From Pocillopora damicornis (taxonomy: Eukaryota), in contig NW_020845831.1 in assembly GCF_003704095.1 (NCBI RefSeq), positions 124,001 through 188,000 on the forward strand: a DNA stretch of 64,000 bases. Direction: 5' to 3'. Positions 11,757 through 34,636 of the stretch are shown here, piece after piece. The translations under genes and the position numbers were made by a program. A model generated the notes under the pieces. It had not been told where the DNA came from and did not search any database. It worked only from the letters and a program-made list of their open reading frames with translations. Position 1 is the stretch's first letter. Each line of letters starts with the position of its first letter.

Positions 11757-14700
11757 CCTTAGCCGCCGGGAGTTGATGGAAGGTGTTGACATTTTCCAGA
11801 ATATCCTTAAAACTACTTTGATTGTGAGCAATAGACATTGTGATTTATTTACATACGAGAATTGAATTTTTCCTCTTTTTACTGTGTTCTTGAAGACGCC
11901 AAAACAGTCAATGGGGGCCTATAAACACGAAACCGGCGGTACCTTCAAACTTCTTGAGAATGAGTTGTAATTACAATTATCTTTTATGCCAAATAGCATT
12001 GATTTTTTCATTGTTTCCTATCATGCAACGAGAAATATAGATATTAGAAGGCAAATGCATTGACAAAGAACAATTTTCGTTTTCCAATCTTAAAATATCT
12101 AGAGATTCAAGACAAAGACGGGTAAAATATTTCTGAAACAGTAATTAGCTGAACGTGAAAGGTAAGATTGTAACTTATATCAATGTCTTCCTCCGGACAC
12201 CGGCCGAAATGATATTGTTAATTGGCAATAGTATGAGTGACAATTCAACATGTCTGAAATAAAGATGATCGAACTACACGGAGATGGGAAATAATAAGCG
12301 AACTTCTATTACAAAATATATTTTAGTCATCTCAGTCACCTTTACTAATTTGTTATTTTTAAATATCTTTCAATACGATTATGGCCTTTGCACTAAATCA
12401 AGCATCACCTTCTAGAACAATTCCTGTTTATTTTTCATCGAAACTCATAGCGCTCGGGTTACTTTAGTGATTCAGTTCGAAAGGCGGAATTCAAAATAGA
12501 AGATCGAAATATAAATCAATTTTGTCGAAATACTTCGAGATGGGAAACTCGTGATTAACTTCGAGAAATGTCATAACTTCCTTTTTTTAAGTAATTCACA
12601 CCGGTTTTTTTTTTAGCCTCAGTAACTTAAGAAAACGTTGCTAGATGGAAATAAAAAGAGCCACTTCCTATCCATTAACTCAAGAGCAGCACACTGAAAT
12701 AAATACTTTTTCTCTCCCGGTAAAACAAATCAATCGGAAGTCTGTAGCTAATTAAGATTGTTTCAAGTGTGTTTTTACTGATTATTATTGTGGGTATCAT
12801 TTTCGAAGCTCTCAGGTGCTTGCTTCCTTTCTTTTAACGCCTCTTCCAAAGTACCATTTTATAACCATCTTATAGCATCTACATCAATGAAAAAAAAAGA
12901 AAATTATGGAAGAAATTTGTTCGCATACATGTACTCTCTCGTCTAGACGTCATGTATTTTATCTTTCATTTAGTGTATTTGCGTCTAAAGAAAAAAATCT
13001 ACATCGATTCAGAAAAAGAAAATTTAACTGACCTTTCAAATTATATTGAAGAGATTAGTTAGTAAAAATGTACTCTCTCGATCGTTTAGACGAAATTTAT
13101 TTTCTCTTTTGTCTGGTGTATTTGCTCCTAAAAGGGCCTTAAAAAAGAAATAAAGCCACCTTTCTGGCAAGTTTTCGAGAAAAAAGTTGAGTGCATGATA
13201 CTTTACGCAAAGACAACGTCTTAACTGAGCAAGAGCTTTTAAGCAACTTCTGGGGCTGATCTTTTACGATGGTGTTCTCATGAATCAATCGATTTTCTTG
13301 TTTATCGGAAAGCAGTAAGAACTAGATTTCCTGAGATCATCACAGAGACATTGCAACCCCGCGTTCGACTAGACCTCCAACCATTTCGTTTATAGGAAAA
13401 GAGCTTTAGCAGTCGAGGCTTAGTTTGCTTCTTACGACTTGTCACGCGAATCCGAGCAAACTTAATACATACGTGAAACGAGTCATAAAGCTAAGACTTC
13501 TTACATCCCTTCATAGTTAAGTGTTTGATTTCCCCTCCTGCCCATGGAACTCGTGGGCAATGTGCAAACGAGACCAGTGCACTCGCATATTCTGTCCTTT
13601 AGCTTTCTCTAACTTCTCTCTTCATCAAGTCGCATCAGCTAAAGTGCAATCTTTTAACTAGATGCCTGTGATGCGTTGCAGGAAAATTTTGTTTTAATTG
13701 AATGTAGAATGCGATGGATGACAATGAGTACGAAATATTTATTCTTACCATGTCTTACCAAATTTTTTTGGCTCACCTAATTTGTGCAGGAAAGGAAGAT
13801 CTTTTTATTTAAACACGAGAATGAAAGCATTTCAAGCATGCTTGAGGGGTACCATTGTTGTGAGGAGTGCTGGCAGACCTAGACCTAATGACTAGAGCTT
13901 TATACTTCGCCACAAGTAGTGACGTCGGTAAAACTGGGACATGAGGTAACTGAGGCATACATGCCTGTTTTTGAAACTTAAATTTATTTTGAACAATGAT
14001 GTTTAACCTCATGCCAAATAAGGCCAGCTTAGTTGGATGAATTGTTGTCGACTTTGAGATATAGAAATATAAAAACAGGCAACAGTGGTCTAAAGATTGT
14101 TTTGCACGCATATAACATTTTTGACATTTGAAAATTCCAAAAGTACGAAGCATTAGAAGTTAAAGCTCTCAGCTGAAACATTATTATGTTTCAAGATTTC
14201 ACCTAGCATGCAAGAATTGTCAAGGCCACCCGTCAAGATTCCCTGGTTTGGTATTATGTTTTATAATTTAATTTTTCGAAACATCCAGGACTCAGATCAG
14301 AATAGTGAGTACCTTTTTAACAGCACTAACAAAATTACACGGATATTTAATCAGACTTGGATACTAAAGGATCTAAAATGATGAGTATGGAGACCCACGA
14401 AGAGTATTTGATGTTGTCCAGCAAAATTCTTCGGTGTCCTCTCCGCCAGACTTAGCTGCAATGCTTCTGTAATGGGAATATCCGTTTGCGACCGCTTCCA
14501 GATCTTTGGCCGCTATGGCCCGACAAAGCCGGCCATAGCCTTTCAAAATTTCTACAGACATTGAAATACACAACTCTATAAAGAATTCTATTTTTGAACG
14601 TACAACTACTTTCAAGCGAATAGAACGAAGGATGACTAAAATCGACTCAGATATAAATATCATTTATCACGACGGAACTTGAAAAAATTTGCCAATTTTA

Positions 14701-15127
14701 TCAAGCGTTTTGTGTGCGACTAACCATTTGCCAGCGGTGACATTACCTTAAAACTTTACTTCCCGATAAAAAACGATATATGACGACAACCCTTTTTATT
14801 GCGTTTGACCCGGAAAAAACAACAAATGCCAACATCCAAGCAGCATTAGTCGATAAAAATCGCCTGAACTGTGAAATAATAAATGTCTTGATCGTTCCAC
14901 TGCACCAAGATGATGTTTGTACTCATACTGTCTAATTTACACGAGTACACTGACTCTTTTGCTTGTCTTTCACGTTCAGTCTTGTTTTTTTGCGAAGAAG
15001 AGTTAATTGGAATCAATTGATAAATATGTATATATGTGTGTAATTGTAAAAATTAAATAAATAATTTCCGTTGCGAAACGCTTGTACGTTTATCTTTGTA
15101 GTATTAATTTTAAGCTTCTGAGTGTCA

Positions 15128-15200
15128 CTCTGCGCAGAGCCTGGGACAGAATCTGCACAAGAAGTCACGTGATCAGTTGACCGTTTTAAAAAATGGCGGC
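15128..15200 (+). promoter_or_regulatory. Housekeeping-type promoter motifs of the MIIP gene
   Basis: Palindrome ctctgcgcagag (15128-15139), E-box gtcacgtga (15164-15172), and YY1-like aaaatggcgg overlapping the ATG at 15193. Motif matches only. Confidence 0.4.
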
Positions 15201-18200
15201 CACTAGTGTAAACATTTACTCACCGCTTTCAAGACTTAGAAACGATAATCAGTTGTTGCTTGAACAACTAAGACACGGACAGGATGACATTTGGAACGTT
15301 TTGAAGAACATGCAATCCACAAGGGTTTCATATCCGACCAGAACATACGGAGAAACGAGTTTTACCTATCGAGGAAGAGATAGAACGCCATCGAAGGTAT
15401 CTCGAAAAGTGCACGAGAACATCAGAAATACGGATCAAACAAGCACACCGAAAAGCTATGGGCAAGCTTTGGTCGCTGGTGGTAATGATAGAAGAAGCAG
15501 GACCCCAGTTATGCCGGCTTCTATTCTAACTACTCCTGGTAACCGCAAAAAGGTGAGATAAAATGTATTTAAATGTGAGAGCAAAAGCAGATGCAAGTCC
15601 TTAGCATTGTATACTACTGGTGAGAGTTAATATAACTACAGCAAGTAAACGTAAAAAGTTAGAATACCTCTTGTTCAGTGAAAGCACTGTTCGTATACTA
15701 CACGTCTTATCTATCTGAACATGGAAACGGTCAGTGTGAAATAAGACATTACTATGCAGGGTACCATTAATCAGTCATCAGTCGATGAACTTTGTTATTG
15801 CCTGATCATGTCAATTAAATATCGATGTCAGTTGGAATCAAATTTTAATTAAACCTTATTTGCTTACTTCAGTGAAATTGTTTAAGCTAGAATTGTAAAA
15901 AGAAATTTGATCAATTTTTAATCAGTCAATCTCATTAATTGTAACTCACCAATTTATAGAAGAAAAAAAAGTAGTGTTAAATCGAGTTTAAGAGATGTTT
16001 CAAATTGTAGATCTTCTAAAAACAAGGGATTTTCAGGTGAGATTGTTTTGGTTTATTTATCCTGGTTTACAATGTAATCAAAATAAAATGTAACATATAC
16101 ATGGACATGATTGTTCATCTAAACCTTTCTGGAAAACTTGCTGATGCCGTGTGTAGGACACATTCTTTGCCTCTGACTTGGTGATGCATACATGTAAAGC
16201 CTATTTCTTGATGATGCTCCCTCTCAAGGATACCCTTTTTTGAGTTCATGTGTTTCTTCCTTTTCAGACACCCAAAAAATCTTTGCATGTTAGCTTTGAA
16301 CTTTCTCCTCATCAAGAGCGTAGTGTGATTGGTGGTAACAATGCAAGAAGGTCTCTCCTTGGGTATGACTGGATTGCAGGTCTGTTAGACAACACTTCGT
16401 ACCTGTCAGAAAGACCAGATGACTTTTTTGATGAGTTGAAAGAGTTTAGAAGAGTTAACAAGGAGGATTGCTTTGGAATCACTCTCTTGGAGTAAGTGTA
16501 CACTTTTAACAATGACATATATATGGGGTATTTAAGAATGATAGTTTTGGTGGGGACACAATGTACTCCAGTTTTGGAAATGGTAAGAAGCCAATAACTT
16601 CTGTACATGTAGCTTGTTACTGTAGCTCAGATCATACATGGAAAGGAGAGTGAGTCCAGCCAATCTCTCCTGAACAATAAAGGGGTAAGTTTCGAAAGAA
16701 ACTGTGGTGCTGTGTTGGTGGGAGAGTATAGCACCTGATGATTTGGTTTTATTAACTGAGTTGATAATGTAAATAAGCCACCCTAAAGAGTTTTAAAGAA
16801 GATATTTGGAGTGTAAGCCCTTAGTCAGAACTGAAAAGAAAGTAACACTTGAAAGGTGAGCTTTGAAACTCTTGATGAGAGACCAATTTACATTATCTAC
16901 TCAGTTGATAAAAGCAAATTATCTTGTTGTATTTTTAACAACAGTTGTACAAGATTCAAGACACTATGTTAAGTTCAAGCTTTACATGTGGATTGGAGAT
17001 AATCACTGTTAAAAGCTCTAATTTGTCATGTTCCAGTGCATTGCGTTGCATGTACATGTACATTTGTATTTGTATAACAATAGAGGAAACAACTTACAGC
17101 TGTACAGTCAATTTGCTTGATAACTCAATATGTACATTCAGTTGGATAGATGTGCACTGTGAACATGTGAATGTATTCTGGTTTAACCTTCTTTTCTGGG
17201 AACTTTTCTGTTTTAAAGGTCCACTGTGTATTTTACCAAACTTAAAGGGCCAATTACTTAGATAAATTTAGCCTTTGTTTAACAAACTATGTTCTAAATG
17301 ATCTTAAATTGAGCTGAATCTTTCATCTGAACATTAAATTTTTTGAACAATGTCAAAGGAAGTGAAAGCTAGAAGTGGAAGGACATTTATTAAATGAAAA
17401 CAACCCCCTTAAAAAGAATATGTTAGGCCTGTGGTTTGGGTTAGATCTCGTGCAAATAACTGGCCTAAAGAATTGGAGTCACTTAGTCTATTTTGCTACA
17501 ATAATAATTGATTTGAAATGCTACTCACTATTAATTTTGATACCTCAGGAGGCCATATTCTCCACTTAAGTTTACTCCAGCCAGGAACTTTGCGGGCAAG
17601 GAAGAGGATGCAGTCACATGTAAGTATTTATTTATTTATTTATTTAGCATCCCACATTTACAGCCAGTGAAAAATTTGTTTTCCTTGGTTTTGAACTCAT
17701 TAATTCCTATGAATTAGTTACCTCACCCCTAAGTAAAAGACAATGTACTTTGTAATTTGAACTAAGCCCAAAATTTGATGCTGTACAATTAACTATTGGT
17801 GTCGACTGCTGTTTACGGCTACATGGTGTATCTTCAATTATCCTTGAATTTTAGATAATAACCATTGCTAGAATTTATTGCAGTCAGATTCATCAGGGTA
17901 AATGATGTTTTCTTACAGGTGAAAATGCATACACTTTAAATGAGAGGCTCTTTCCTGTACCAATCCATGGCCCAGAGGCATCATGCTCAGTTTGTCATAC
18001 AAAACGAGAGTCAGAGTATGAAACAGAGGGAAGTTATGTTCGGTGAGGGCTTTTGCAATCTTAGCCATAAAATACAGCTGTTATACTTATATAGTGAAGT
18101 CAAGAATACACTTTTTAGCATGGTTACCACAGGTCAGGAAATGGCTACAGGAAAAAATATTGTTTTGAGGTCAAGGGAATTTCACTTTGAGTTAAGGAAA

Positions 18201-19333
18201 ATTTATGTGTCTGGAATAAGTCAGAGAAAAGTTAAATCTTGTGTAAATATGAACTCCTTTATCTTGGTTTGGCCTCTTTAAAATTAAGGATGCTTACAAT
18301 TTTAAGTTAAAATTCAAAGCCTGATGTTTTTATATGGAATGTTATTCATGTAAAACTTTATTGTTTAATATAATTGATAGATAACAAGCATGTCATTTTC
18401 CCTTTTAGATCATGTTGGTTTTGTGAATGAAATCATACACTTTTTTTCTTTTATTTTTATAGTTTTCTAACCTTTCATATTCTTTTTTTGGATTGATACA
18501 TTTCATTATTTTTCTTCTTCAGAGTGAGTGTACCAAGGTCATCACTTGTCTCACCCCACAAGTTCAAACCTCATAGACGAGCAAGCTTTGATCCAACTGA
18601 TTCAGTGGGCTTGTCATCACATTGTCTGGCTGGATGGGAGAGTTCTAAACCCACAGTCATTCCAATGCCTTCATCATTAGATCTGAGAACATCACTTCAC
18701 AAGTCTCGCACCACCCTGGTATGTCCTTATCTAGGAGCTACATGCACAGTGTATACTGTACATGTAATGAGGTTGATATTGAAAATATTCTTGTTGTTTG
18801 TGGGTAATCTATCTTTTACATTTGGTGTCCAGCTTCATTTGAGTATTAAGTTTGGTCACTGTGTTGTGATCAAGGGCAAGGCACTTGAATTTTTCTCTTG
18901 TTAGTCTCTGGGGTATAAAAAAGTCTAATGAGACTGTGTTGCAAACTTCTTAATGCAGGATCAAGGGTGATAGTAAAGGCAGAGGGTGAGGTACATGTGC
19001 GTGGCACCTAGAGAAAGTATCCGTGCTGTCTTTGTGAAATCAGGCTCTTAAAGTTTTACTCAACAACTTAATGCAGACTTGATCTTGTTCTTGGTAATTG
19101 ACAGTGCCTAAAAATTAAAACCTTTTTAGATATGGGTGCACTATTTTTGAACATTTCTAAAAATGTCTCTATAGGATGCATCTCGAGCTGGCAACTTCCC
19201 AAGCTCTACTGCTGAGACAACAGAGGAGTTATTAAACAGAAGTCACACGCTCAGATATGGTCTTCAGGTGTTAGACAGAGAAAGAAGAGGAACACCTCAA
19301 CCTCCTCATACCACACCATACCCTTTTCTCTGA
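15193..19333 (+). CDS. MIIP: Migration and invasion inhibitory protein (MIIP/IIp45) homolog, ~377 aa
   Basis: Exons 15193-15552, 16268-16491 (LLGYDWIAGLLD...FFDELKEFRRVNKEDC), 17549-17619, 17919-18042 (YTLNERLFPVP...CSVC), 18523-18718 (RVSVPRS...HRRASFDPTDS...HCLAGW), 19175-19333 (TGA). The motifs match the conserved MIIP domain and the phases are consistent. Confidence 0.88.
16741..16922. repeat. Fold-back (inverted) repeat, probably derived from a Penelope-like element; a related single arm lies at 26055-26150
   Basis: Left arm ttttattaactgagttgataatgtaaat... pairs with right arm ...atttacattatctactcagttgataaaa. The same arm recurs in an RTK-A intron (ggttttatcaactaagttgatgatgtaaattagccaccgtaaagag). 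Confidence 0.6.
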
Positions 19334-20275
19334 CAGGCTGCTTTTATTTAGCCAAGTATAGTTTCCTGGAGATGATTCTATCTGTTACATGAAGATGGTA
19401 CATGTATAGCATTTTTCTACTCTCTTAACCCTTGCACTGCTTGTATGTGAAAAGCAATTCTCCTTTCTAGATGTTTCACATTTCTTTGTAAAATAGCAAA
19501 GAGATTTAATGTTAGACATTTGAAACCAGGCAAGCACCTTTTAGCTTATACTGCACTTCCTGTATCTCTGTCTATTCTCATCTCCTGTTAAATACATGAA
19601 TATGTGCTTCTCAATTCAAACATTTTTGATTCTGATTTGCAAAAAAAAAAAAAAATACAATGGATGAATTTTATTTAATCTACATGTAATGATGATTTAT
19701 TCATACTGTTGATGTAAGATACATATAGCATACCTACATTTATGAATAAATTTTGTTGGGGAATGATTACAAAGCAAACCAATCTATAGTTTCAGAAAAA
19801 TTCACTCAAGATGTCTATAAAAGTGTTCATAACACTTCTCATGTAATGTGATGTTTAGCTCTGTTTACTTTTTATGTTAATTTGCTATTGCTGTTTTTAT
19901 TCTGTCAAGTGTAGTTTTGAAATTTGTGTCACAAAGGCAATATTTGAACGATTTTCAGAGTGAGGAACAATGTCTGATTGAGTGTTCACAGTGATAGGAA
20001 AAATAAATTTTTGCCTTGAATGTTTAAATAAAGCTTAAAGTTTTGTTTTATGTTGATCCCTTTGCCACAGTTTTCATTTGTTATGGGAAGGTGTTGTATA
20101 CATTGTGTTTGGTTCAATGTCATTTGGCCTTGAAATTCATTTTTGGTTGCAGTCAAATTGATTGTTGCTAAATTGCATACATATATTTTATTGCTCTTCC
20201 CAAATAGCTTCCCCCTCCCTCCCCTGAAATTCTTGCTTCACAGTGCTTTATGGGCATGCAAGAATGTAAGAAGCA

Positions 20276-20945
20276 AAGAAACCTTTTAAAAGCAACCAAT
20301 GTGATAAGTGCTTGACATACAGTTTACAGTTTGAAAGTTTTTAATTAACTATGGGATTGGATTGGATCGTGACAATTGCTTCAATCGCCTAGAGTACCTG
20401 AAGAATCACGAACAGGAGGGAGGCCCTTGAAATGTGACCACTGAGGAAAACGATTTAGGCAGTCCAAGGATCTGAAGAGGCACGTCACAAAAGGCCCTCT
20501 TGGGCCACCTTACAGAGCACATACGGGACAGAAACCGTATGGACGTCATCAATGTGGTAGATGTTTAGTCAATCCGGAGATCTCCAAAAGCATACAAGAA
20601 TACACACCTGTGAAAAGCCTTTTTCCGTGCGACTTGTGTGACAAGTCCTTCAGTCGCTCTGAGGTTCTCCAGAGACACAAGAGAAGGCATACAAGGGTGA
20701 AGCCTTTCCGGTGCCAGTATAGAGAGAAGCCCTTCAGTCGCGCTGATGTACTTCAATTGCATTCAAGAGCTCATACAGGAGAGATGCCAATTGTTTGCAG
20801 GCAGTGTGGCATAGTTTTTAGTCGGTCCGGATACCTAAAGAGCCATCTTATCACACATCCATGGAAGAAGCCTAAGTGAAGTTACTGTGAGAAATGTTTT
20901 GCAAGGAAGCCGTCTCTAACTTCGCACGAAAGATCACACCCAAGA
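20276..20945 (+). pseudogene. Decayed C2H2 zinc-finger array (~8 finger remnants)
   Basis: HTGQKPY, HTCEKPF, HTRVKPF and HTGEMPI linkers with CxxC...HxxxH units. Disrupted by in-frame stops (KCDH*GKRF; KKPK*SYCEKCF), frameshifts and lost Cys residues. Confidence 0.85.
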
Positions 20946-21190
20946 AAGCAGCAACTGTGCAATGAAGTACTTGGGAACTTTAACGGAAGTTGAAGAAGAA
21001 ATACACTGGTGATGTTCATGACGCCTGTATGCTTCTTCAGACCAGTTTGTTTCTTTCGAAATTTGATGCGTTATCAGTGACACCTTGTCTCCCCATTGGG
21101 AAAGCAACCCAAGCGAAATTGGCCGTATAATTGGTCCACGATAAGGATTGTTTTAATAAAATCTCAAACATAATGGAATTAAAAGGGTTG

Positions 21191-21375
21191 TCCAGGGGTT
21201 TCAGTAACTTTTCCATTGGCGGCTGCCGATAGGGTTATGGACAGCTGTGCCCGGAAAGGGACTGTAAGGCGAAACGCAAACACTACAGCCCGCTCGCAAG
21301 CTCAACAGACGGCGGTAAAAGGTCTTATGGGTGGCCTTAGACCGCTAGTAACCAGCCTTAAATAAAACCCCTGGA
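21191..21375. other. GC-rich island with nested base-pairing (structured RNA or retroelement UTR)
   Basis: Perfect 11-bp closing stem 21191-21201/21365-21375 enclosing several internal stems; see findings. Confidence 0.45.
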
Positions 21376-22057
21376 TGTCACGATGTTTGTCGTAACAGGG
21401 TTCATCGCTACAATTTCTTCGGTACTCAAGAATTCGCATTGATTTGGAAGGGAAGGTTATACGTTTTACTGTTCTCATTAGAAGAAAATCGTCACTTACA
21501 AGGGGTCACCCTCATAACCTAAGTTAACTTTCTATCTACATACCTCTGTTTTAGCTATGATATAAGTATTATTTTCCATTTGTTAGTCAGTCTTTTGAAT
21601 AGCAGTTCAAAGAGAAATTCAACTCTTAATGTGATGTTGTACATAGTTGCTACTTTGATGACTTAAGCTTTTTGCAGATGTCAAACGCCGACATAGTACT
21701 GACTGTTGTTCGTGTGTGCGTTCGCTAGTGTAAGGGCTGTTATGTGCTTTTGAAATGGAAAACAAACGTTCAGTGGCTGTGCAATTATTATTTTATTACA
21801 GTTCAAAACCTACAATTGTGAAATGTTGATGCATTTATAAGGCATACTCTACTTGTAAAGACCTACACGTACAGGTGTGTGAACAGATATCAAATTGAAT
21901 TACTCTGAAATGTTAACGTTTGAAAAACATTGAACAAAGTTTTATAAAAAGGTGCATTGTCTACACGTACTGGTAATGAGAAATTTCTGAATTTCATGTA
22001 TCCCTAAAAATTCGTTAAATGGCTTGAGGCCACTTTTGTTTTAGAATGTGCAATGTT

Positions 22058-32313
<10,256 letters not shown>

Positions 32314-34636
32314 GGGCCCAGCTCTAACTGAAAATAATTGAATAACCATTAAGTATCGGTGCATCGCTGAGAGCGGCTTAGAAAAGAACCGATACAGCGA
32401 CAGGTCAAAATTTATCGTACTTTGAAAATCTTCTTTAGCTCTTTGGTGTAGTCAATTTCAGAGCGTGAATATTCGAAGATGCTAATTATGGCATTAAAGA
32501 TAAAGAATTGGAAAAGAAAGTAAGACTTCCTACTTAAGGCAGTGACCTTCGCCTGTAAGTCTAAAGCAGTCATGGAAACTTCAACAGGATTCTTCTGGCT
32601 TATTCACGAAACGAGACACAGCACAAACATCAAGCGATACCGCAAAAACTGGGCGTATTTTCAACGGGTTTTTGCGTTAAATATTACGTTAGGGTGATAT
32701 TGTCGCCCCCTGAAACCTAACAACGTCACCCTGTAGTATTGCCACAAGAAAAACCCAGCTTTAGCAGAAAAAAACACCAAGTTGATTCCACCTTTTCCGT
32801 TCATAGAGGACAACTTCCGTTGATATTGCTTTGCGGGAAATGCGTCTAGCTTCGAGAAAGTTTACTGTGACGTGTCACTAAGGCCATTGAAGCATTTTAA
32901 ACAATTAAGTTCTATCAGCAAATTTCTTTCACCCATATTTGGAGTTGTGTTCTATGGAAATGTGATAAAAGTAAATGTTTATCTATCATGTGCTCTCCTT
33001 GATCCTCTAACGGATATAGCAATGCGAGTGTCAACCAAGTAATGACCATGCAATTAGGTTATGAAAGTTAGTCTGCATTCGTGTGGTGTTTGTGTAGTAA
33101 TTTAGATTTGACCCAAATCAAGAGTCCCGCCAATGGACCATAATATAATTCTTTTTTTTTTGTTATTTGCTTTATTTATTCGTGGGTTCATGATAACATT
33201 TACCGTAAGTACTGCACACGCTTTTTAAGTTAGCAGCCAGTTATATTTTACTTTAGGCAAGATGCAAACGATTAAAACCTCGTTAAGTCCACGACGAAGT
33301 TGAGAGTTTCGTTTTAACATTTTTAGCGACTTGGCCTGCTTGCAACGGTATTGGGGTGAAAATTATTATCTGTTTGTATTGCGCACAAGGCAGTTTGTTT
33401 GTCAATAATCATAACATAGAATTGCCATATGTTATAGTTACCGCGTACCTGCTGAAACAATTTCGTAGCCGCAGTATATATTATTTCTCGGTAAAGTGGG
33501 TTTACACGTCCCTCTCGGTGCTTGAGAGATGCTTTAAGTATAATAGACTGATCGCAGACAGCCTAATGGATATTTTATCTCGGGGTAAAATATGAATAAT
33601 AAGTTCAGATCAATCATACATGTATATTTCAACAGGTCACACCCCTGAAAGACACCGACAGACGGTGGTAGATGTTTTGAGGCAATAACGGCACAAATTG
33701 TGGATTCTTAAACCGTCAACAACACAGATATACGTGATCCTCAAGCGATACTTTTTTGATAAGGGCACCTTTACCATTTACACGAACCAAATTATTTGAA
33801 ATTTTATTTGCAAACATGTCCGCCGAACTTGGATTTCTAAGGGCAAAAAATCCAAAATGTATTCTGGATTCAGTGGAGCAAGTGAACTTTATAGAGTCAA
33901 GTGATCAAACTACATTTAGAAAAATAAAGAAATCGTATATTTGGACGTTGCACACGACCTGCTGAAACGAATACTAATCTCACTTTAAAGCAGAGAGCGA
34001 CAAAATACCTCAAACTCTAAAATGTAATTTTATTTAAAATGCCAGGAATAAACATTGCTTAAGTAAGTTACAACTACGTTGATGTTGTAATTTGTGATAT
34101 AGTGCAATCTTTCAAAACTATGATATTGGAATAAAAATGTACTATTAATAACACAAACCTTGATATCGCGTATATTTGTGCTGCAAAGTTCACGTACATT
34201 TTCAGCAGACGTCATTCACCTTACTCCTTCTACTAAAGTTTTGTTACTGGAATGCAGACACAAAGGAAATGAAATCCAGTGTTTTAAACTACTGTTTAAT
34301 TGTTATCCTCACCAAAGAAAGGCATATCACAACTTATGACTCTGACTACATGATGAGTTTCCAAAGGGTAACCTAAGCCTCGAAGTATTGTCTTCAGATG
34401 AACTTAAAATTCTTATTATTCTCTTCGTAAGAACTGCTACGCTTTCGCGAAAGTATTTGTATAATCTTCGCCGGATTTTATCGTTCGTTTTTACCGTTTT
34501 ATCTTTAAAGAAATCTCTTTTAACACTATTTTAACTTATCTTATTTGGAACAGAGAAGATGAAACTTAAATATCGCTTTAATCTATGTCAATTACACTTG
34601 ACCTTTAGTGTTGGTGGTAACATCGGACATCCTTTA

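Noticed and set aside
13809-14663. Minus-strand ORFs of 114 and 96 aa upstream of MIIP (possible divergent gene)
   Set aside because: No recognisable motifs and no coherent splice chain. Probably non-coding or old repeat sequence.
21228-21240. UAACCCUA on the minus strand, resembling a telomerase RNA template
   Set aside because: It lies at the 3' side of the enclosing helix, with no following pseudoknot or H/ACA features that I can see. An 8-mer match is expected by chance.
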